In this document: positions 57,180 to 64,000 of the stretch, one piece after another | Layout of the letters: every line of letters starts with the position of its first letter | How positions within the stretch are numbered: the first letter of the stretch is position 1 | From: Chrysomallon squamiferum | Taxonomy: Eukaryota > Animalia > Mollusca | Assembly: GCA_012295275.1 (NCBI GenBank) | Contig: CM022674.1 | Span: 11,284,001 to 11,348,000 of the forward strand | Reading direction: 5' to 3' | Length of the DNA: 64,000 bases | Position numbers and translations under genes: made by a program | Notes under the pieces: generated by a model | The model's input: only the letters and a program-made list of their open reading frames with translations | What the model was told of the DNA's origin: nothing | The model's database searches: none

Positions 57180-57735
57180 GTAATGTTCTATTTAAAATAA
57201 TTTTTGTTTGTAATTTAAATCCGATATTGTCTATTTAAAAAGAACTAGATTTTTTTCAAATACATTTAGAATATATATTTTAAAACTTTGTCGGGAAATA
57301 AATTGTGTTATTATATGTGAAAATACTTTGTAACCAAAATCCCATATTAGTTGTCTATGTACAAGATATTTGTAGCTGAAATCTATTCAAAAGAGGTTTA
57401 TAAATGAAATGAGATGTTGGTCTATTTAAAAGAAGTTTTAAGACCCAAATATAAAATTTGTCTATTTAAGTCAGGTATTACTGAAACCTGCTATTTGTGT
57501 ATTTAAAAGTCTGATCTGTCTATTTAAATGATATTTGTCCTGAACTACAATACAATTTGTTTTTTTGAGACGTCGAAACAAAATCTGATATAATCTGCCT
57601 TTGAAACAGATTTGGCTGAAATGTCACTGTGAAGGTTGTCTATTTCAAAGGCAACTGAAATCTGGTATTATTTGTCTATTTAAAAGAAGTTTGTAATGAA
57701 AATCTGACAGTTGTCTATTTAAAAGAGGTTTGTCT
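57180..57735. repeat. Degenerate ~40-bp repeat (core ttgtctatttaaaaga) running into the stop codon of the centrin-like gene
   Basis: About 12 cores, e.g. 57227, 57351, 57417, 57458, 57636, 57672 and 57711. The last one overlaps TAA at 57719-57721. Confidence 0.75.
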
Positions 57736-60479
57736 GTAACATCATTCTAAGAAACTCAGATTCATCAACCATCCCATCTCCATTGATGTCTGCCTCCTCC
57801 ATCATCTCCTTAAGCTCCTTCTGAGTAAATCGGATTCCTGCTTCTGAAATCTGTATGATTTAAAATAAATATATTCTTTATAGAAATCACTCCAGAGTTC
57901 TGTCAATATTTAAATAATTCTCCAAAAGCATCCTTCAGATGTTCTCTATAGAAATCACTCCAGAGTGATCTGTCAATATTTAAATAATGATACATAATAA
58001 AAGAAATCTATATGATTTAAAATATAAATATATTCTTTATAGAAATAACTTTATAGAACGGTTTGTAAATATTTAAATAATGATATATAACAAAAGAAAT
58101 GTTATGATTGTTAAAAATTACACTAATTTTTATTAATTGTAAAGCATTCAGTAAAATAACAAATCTATGGTGATGCAGGCTGTTAATTTCAAATGTTGTA
58201 AGATCCTTACTTCATTAATAATTAATTTTTTTTTTTTAAAGTTTTACAATCAGGAAATTAAATAAATAATTTTAAAAAATCTGAAATTCCATTTACTCAG
58301 ACTGTTAAGGTTTTTTATATATGTAAAGTGTGATGAAATTAAACAAGGGAAAACTGAAAACTCTTCTTCTTACTATTAAGTTGTATTATTTTATTGTCTT
58401 ATGTTAGTAGAAATAGATTTAAAGTGAGCAATATAAACTACTATGTGAAAGTATATAATACATATTTAGTCTATTAAAAATAATTAATAAAGAAAAAGAA
58501 ATACAAATACAAATACAAATACAAATATAAAATAAAAAGTAAAAAAAAAAGTAAATTAAAGTAAAACAAAACAAACTGAAAGTAAAACAAAACAAAACAA
58601 AAATAAAAAGAAGAGAAAAGAGAATAACATTAAGATACAGATTATATTTCCTGCTTTTTTTTTTTTTTGTACAACTAAAGGGAAGGCTAGATAAAACAAA
58701 GTGATATTGTTATTTATAACATACCTGAATCGAACATTTTGAAACCTTTGAGAATTTCATCATAAATGTCCCGAGAGTCACCTTGTCTGTCCAGTACAGT
58801 GTCCAGAAAATCTCGGAAATCTATTTTTCTTTTCAGAGAACAAAAAAATTATTTCATTAAAAGTAAGTAAAATAAATTTATATACAAGTTCTGTGGTTTA
58901 TTAATATTTAAAATCTATATATGTGTTAATAAGGTCAAAATCAATGAAAAATAATACAATAATACTATTAGATTTTCCTTATGAATTTGTATCTGTGATT
59001 TAAAATTTATCTTTTTAATTATATTGAGTCAGTTCTAATGAAATAATATTTTTTAATTCATTCAACTGTTTTGATATAAAAATAAATGATTAAATTCTTA
59101 CCCTTTTCCTTTCAAGCCGATATCCATTATCATCCGGTTAGCCTCTTCCTTGCTAACCTTAAACCCTAGAGCTCGGAGGCACTTTCTTAACTCAGTGGCA
59201 TCAATGAACCTGAATAAAAAAAAACAATTTTTAAATTTGTAGAACTAAAAATAGTTTCGGTCTTCAACTAAAGTTATTTTCTTTTCCTTGACCTTCTTTT
59301 TTCTCAATCTCAGTTTAGTATATATAAAAAAAATTTTATAGAATTTCCATTAGTTTAGAAAACAGCAGTTATTTTTGGATATCAACATACTAGATCAAAA
59401 TATTGTGGAGAATATATTAAAAGAAATCAGATACTGTGTTATTATAATTGTTATGGTTTAGCAGAAAGAGATATTTCAGTTGTTTTCCCATTGGATATGT
59501 ACTATGTTTCTGATAAATTAGTTGAGGAGCACAATGTGGAATGGAAAATTGGGTAGCAGATTATCTCAAGAGATATTTGTTAAATAAGACAAAAGCTATT
59601 CTCATTGTTGTTTTGTTTCTTTTCTTTAAATTTATTCATTCTTTTTATTTTATTTTATTATATTTTTATTTCAATTTTTATAATAGATCTACAAAAAAAA
59701 AAAAAGTATAAAGGAATAATAATAATAATAATAATAATAACAATAATAAATAAATTAATGAAATAAAAGTATTTACCCGTCTGAGTCTGTGTCAAAGATT
59801 TCAAACACAGAACGTAGATCTCGGACCTCTTGTGCTGTCAACTCGTTTAAAACTCGTGTAGAAACTTTTATACCATGAATCTCTTTTTCATCTGCTGGAT
59901 GTGATTTGAGCAAATCTATTAGCTGAAAATAAAATTAAAATATTTATATTTTGAAGAATCCTATGATAATAATGAAACACAAACACACAAATGAATGCAT
60001 TCATGCACATACACACATATATAAATCAAACATATATACAACCTGGATTTACTTCTATCTATATTTTGCATGAATAATAATAATAATAATAATTTGATAT
60101 TATTAACTGTTTGATATATAATGAGCCATTATTAACTGTTTGATATATAATATATTCATATAATATATAATATTAAGAAGTTGTAATTTATTATTCTTAT
60201 TATTATTATTATTAAGTTATATTCTGTGCACACGAAAGCTTTTGGATTTTTGTACATGTTCATAAAAATATGATTAAACTGAATATTAGCTAACTCTTCA
60301 GTTTTGGTTTTAATTTTATTTATTAACAATCAGGAACTTACCTTTTCTCCTGGTTTCGGAGGTGGAACTATGTGGTCAGGTTTCAGAGGATCAACGGGTT
60401 GTTCTGGAGTGCACTTCTTTTTCCCAGATTTCTTTCCTTTCTTCTTGCCTTTTCCTTTGCCTTTCTTTTTCACGGGCAT
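57719..60479 (-). CDS. Centrin/caltractin-like EF-hand protein with Lys/Gly-rich N-terminus; EF3 segment disrupted in this sequence
   Basis: Exons 60479-60342, 59922-59777, 59209-59102, 58828-58725, [57969-57920 broken] and 57843-57719. Motifs: LRSVFEIFDTDSDGFIDATELRKCLRALGF, IDFRDFL, EILKGFKMFD and ELKEMMEEADINGDGMVDESEFLRMMLQTNLF (centrin-type C-terminus). Confidence 0.85.
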
Positions 60480-60785
60480 CTTGACTTTTGTCCTAGCTAT
60501 CGTCAATACCACACTCCATATTAAAACATCGAGCGTTGCTTGCCGACGCTAATATTTGTACTTCCGGGGAAACTGACCCATTTCCGCTTTGATATAGGCT
60601 AAACATCCTGAAGCCGTGTTTATAAATGGATCAATACTACTGTCTGTATTAAAGAAATTAAACAGAAGCTGAGACAACAACAAAAACAGTAAATAAATAA
60701 ATAAATAAAAATAATAAGCAAACAAAAAAAGCAAATAATATTATGACAAAAACTGTGTAAATGATGATAACATGATAATAACCGC

Positions 60786-60862
<77 letters not shown>

Positions 60863-61780
60863 TAGACATCATGTAAATTATAGTAGATAAGCAGAAATAA
60901 GTCAGATACTCAAAATAAAGTGAATGTGTTGTCATGCAATCAAATCCAAAATATTTTTTTATATCGAAAATAATCTCTGCATCAACACCACGGACATATA
61001 GGTATATTTCTACTGTCGTGAAATCGCTTATATCTGAATATTTATATTTAAAATATCAATACCTACTGACAAACAAACAGATAGATGTATTGACTAATAA
61101 TAATTACACACACACATACACACACACACACACTTACACAACACATACACGCAGGCAGACAGACAGATAGACAGAGATAGAATATCTGACACATTATTGT
61201 ATTAGGCAACATTTTAATAATTTAGATTAATAAACGTGACAAAAATATGTATGACAATAAAATAACTCCACACAAATTTAGTAGGACCAAAAATAACATC
61301 GCCCAAGCGGGGTTTTTTTGTAATCTATAATGAACAGAAGAAAAATAAGCCTGTATTTAAATCATTAAATAATCATCAACGACTGTGAAGATTATATTTA
61401 ATTCAATAATTCATTTATTCAGTCTTTCATTCACGAATAAAATAATAAAATAATAAAATAGAAAATAATAAAATAAAATAAAATAAAATAAAATAAAATA
61501 AAATAATTAGAGGAGAAAATGGGAAATAACTCCTCTAACTTTATTACGGGACGATGTAAGGGAAATAACTCATACATTTGTATTAGAAAGAGACAAACTT
61601 CATGTCCACGTCTTACCTACGTGTCAAACCTCAAAAGAAGTCGATTCTGACAATCAATAATTATTTACCTGCAAACTCAGAAAACACAGGGCACGCTTCA
61701 ACCATTAAAACTCAACCCAGCTGTTACAGCAGTGTAGATTGAGTCTAAACTCCGGTCAATACTTCTTCTTACTCCACATC

Positions 61781-62998
61781 ATGGCGGCTACGTCTAAAAA
61801 ATTCATAAAATGGCTTATGACGTGTATATTAGTATTTTGTTGTTTATTTCCTCTTAGTAAATTATCCAGATTGTCAGACGACCCTAAAATAGATGATGGT
61901 AAGTCGGAAAGTTTTTTTGAATTATTGTTTATGAAACCTTTGTCGTAGTAACTATATTAATGATTAGCTGCATGTTAATAAAGTAGTATTTTGTATGAAA
62001 TCATGTTAAACATTGTGAGATATATTTTCATTTTAAAAGTTTGCCATTTATTTAATAAAATGTTGGTTTTCTAGAATTAAATAATTATCTGTACGTTAGT
62101 CTGTCTCTTGTTTTTGTATGTTAACGCGATGCAATAAACGGAATTATTAGGTTTTAGTTTTGTAAACATTTTATTCTACAGCTTCTTTTTCTTTTTGTTT
62201 TATCTTCAGTAATTTATATTAAACTTTTACTTAATAAATCGTTTGATTTTCGTTTGTGAATATTTATCTTAATAAACTTTGTCTTTTCAGTAGACAAATG
62301 TTCAGATTACAAAATAACATTCTATATAATAACAATAATATATATAAATATAGACAAACACGCAGGTGTCTTGTGTGTATTTGAATGAAAGAGACAACGA
62401 GATAAAGAGAGCAAGATAGACAGAGAGAGAGAGGACCGTACTAAATAATTCAATTTTTTTTAAAAATAATTTTGCTTATTTCTTTATTTTAATTTATTTT
62501 CAGTACTTCGAACCTATAGAAGATACAATTTATCGATGCTGTTTCAGGGGAGAGAATACTGGATGGGGGTGAACGACCCCCAGTCAGTAACAGGGGAGTA
62601 TCCAGAACTGCAGGTTTTCGTCCCCAGCTTTTACATAGACCAATACCCTGTAACCAACGTCTTGTACTGGTATGTTGATAAGACTTATCAGTTAAAATAA
62701 TATCTATCTATATGTCTGTCTGTCTGTCTGTCTGTCTATCTCTCTATCTATCTATCTACCTCTCTGTCTGCCTGTCTGTCTGGCTGTCTGATTATCTATC
62801 TATCTAATTCTGTAGGTGTTTTGTCATTGTTTTTATTTAAGGGAGTTTTTGAGGAAGAAAAGAATGTACGTACCTGACTCTATGAAAAGTGGTTGGAGCT
62901 GGGTGTTCGAAAAATTCGTTTCTAATCAGACTCGAGAGAGGTTGTCTGCCCCTGGAACTGGATTTTGGCTTGCAGTGAAACGAGCGAACTGGGAACAT
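61781..62998 (+). CDS. SUMF2: FGE-sulfatase domain protein, SUMF2 (pFGE)-like, 5' three exons; continues beyond the window
   Basis: Exons 61781-61898 (N-terminal hydrophobic signal), 62504-62669 (GREYWMGVNDPQSVTGEYP...SFYIDQYPVTN) and 62842-62998 (GWSWVFEKFVS...FWLAVKRANWEH). These align by eye to SUMF2 MGTNSPDSRDGDGP..FAIDIFPVTN..GWSFVFEDFVS..WWLPVEKAFWRQ. Confidence 0.8.
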
Positions 62999-63059
62999 GT
63001 TTGTATTGTTCTTGTTTGCTTGTCTTATTTATTTATCTATTTATTTATTTATTTATTTA

Positions 63060-63084
63060 TTTATTCATTCAAACAGTCAGTTAG

Positions 63085-63115
<31 letters not shown>

Positions 63116-63268
63116 TCTATTTATTTATTTATTTATCTATTTATTCATTCAAACAGTCAGTTATTTATTTATTTATTTATTTATTTATCTATTTATTTAT
63201 TCAAACAGTCATTTATTTATTTATTTATCTATTTATTTATTTATCTATTTATTCATTCAAACAGTCAG

Positions 63269-63299
<31 letters not shown>

Positions 63300-63375
63300 T
63301 TCATTCAAACAGTCAGTTATTTATTTATTTATTTATTTATCTATTTATTTATTCAAACAGTCAGTCAGTTATTTA
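63060..63375. repeat. Compound repeat: attcaaacagtcag core interspersed with (TTTA)n, ~6 units
   Basis: Directly visible in the SUMF2-like intron. Confidence 0.85.
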
Positions 63376-64000
63376 TTTATTTATTTTTTTAGTTTATATG
63401 TCTGTTTATAGATTTATTTGTATTAATATTTCATTCAGTCGTTTATTTTATTTATTTATTGGTGTATTTTGTTTGTTTATTTATCGACATATTTATTGTT
63501 TCTGTCGTGAACACTGTATTTAACTCAGGAACCAAAACAAAGATTATACAGATACACCTGATATTATGAATACAATTAATTGTCCAATCATATCTTCTCA
63601 GTAATTGTTTTATTTCTTCTCAGTTCTCAACCTTTGCTAATGATAAAGTCTGACAATAAAATAAAATAAATAAGTATGTACGGATTCTGTCATAATTATG
63701 ACGTAATTTGGTACTGATAAAAGAAGAGCTTTGATAGAACGTAATAAAATACTCAGTCTGTTATGATTTTTTTAAACCACATATTTTCCTCTTCTTTTTT
63801 TTTCTGTATTGTTTTTCTTTTTTCTTTTAGGAAAAGAAATTTAAAAAAAAAATTATAATGTATTTATTTATCTTTTAAACTGAAATTAGCTTTATTTCAA
63901 TAAACAATTGCTGATCCGGTATTTAGTATTGTAATATTTGAAACGAAGCGTTGTTATTAACGTATTAATTTACATATCGTCACATCAAAATCCTTAAATC

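Noticed and set aside
57180-57735. CRISPR-like repeat-spacer appearance
   Set aside because: Eukaryotic context, degenerate cores, mutually related spacers and no cas genes. It is a decayed tandem repeat.
62999-63523. Hydrophobic C-terminal part of the 235-aa ORF 62816-63523
   Set aside because: Read-through into an intronic (TTTA)n compound repeat after the donor at 62999. Only 62842-62998 is SUMF2-like.

Overview
AT-rich, microsatellite-dense eukaryotic (animal) genomic DNA with spliceosomal GT-AG introns. It is most likely a mollusc, possibly a gastropod; this is inferred from gene content and a SINE-like fragment. Most ORFs in the supplied track are microsatellite artefacts. By walking splice sites by hand I reconstructed the following genes. 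(1) A 2-coding-exon class A GPCR (minus, 1734-3738) with one 1-nt frameshift. (2) An orphan 172-aa ORF (minus, 7396-7914) with candidate 5'UTR exons. (3) A clean 9-exon, 305-aa, 4-TM potassium-channel-fold (Ion_trans_2-like) gene whose selectivity filter reads TLCGSD instead of TTxGYG (minus, 20255-28101). (4) PIGP (plus, 30756-33354, with a GC-AG intron). (5) A trunk/PTTH-like cystine-knot hormone precursor (plus, 36876-41197). (6) An FMRFamide/peptide-receptor-like GPCR (minus, 46167-47541) with two 1-nt frameshifts. (7) Two small exons of a signal-peptide + RSKR propeptide gene inside a ~320-bp inverted repeat (48751-50642). (8) A centrin-like EF-hand gene whose EF3 coding segment is disrupted (minus, 57719-60479). 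(9) The 5' part of a SUMF2-like gene (plus, 61781 onward). The top candidate for something undescribed is the non-GYG 4-TM channel. Other candidates are the IR-enclosed prepropeptide exons, ~40-bp minisatellites seeded on splice donors or a stop codon, and a ~370-bp element shared upstream of both unrelated GPCRs. Family assignments are from motif recognition and memory; no searches were run.
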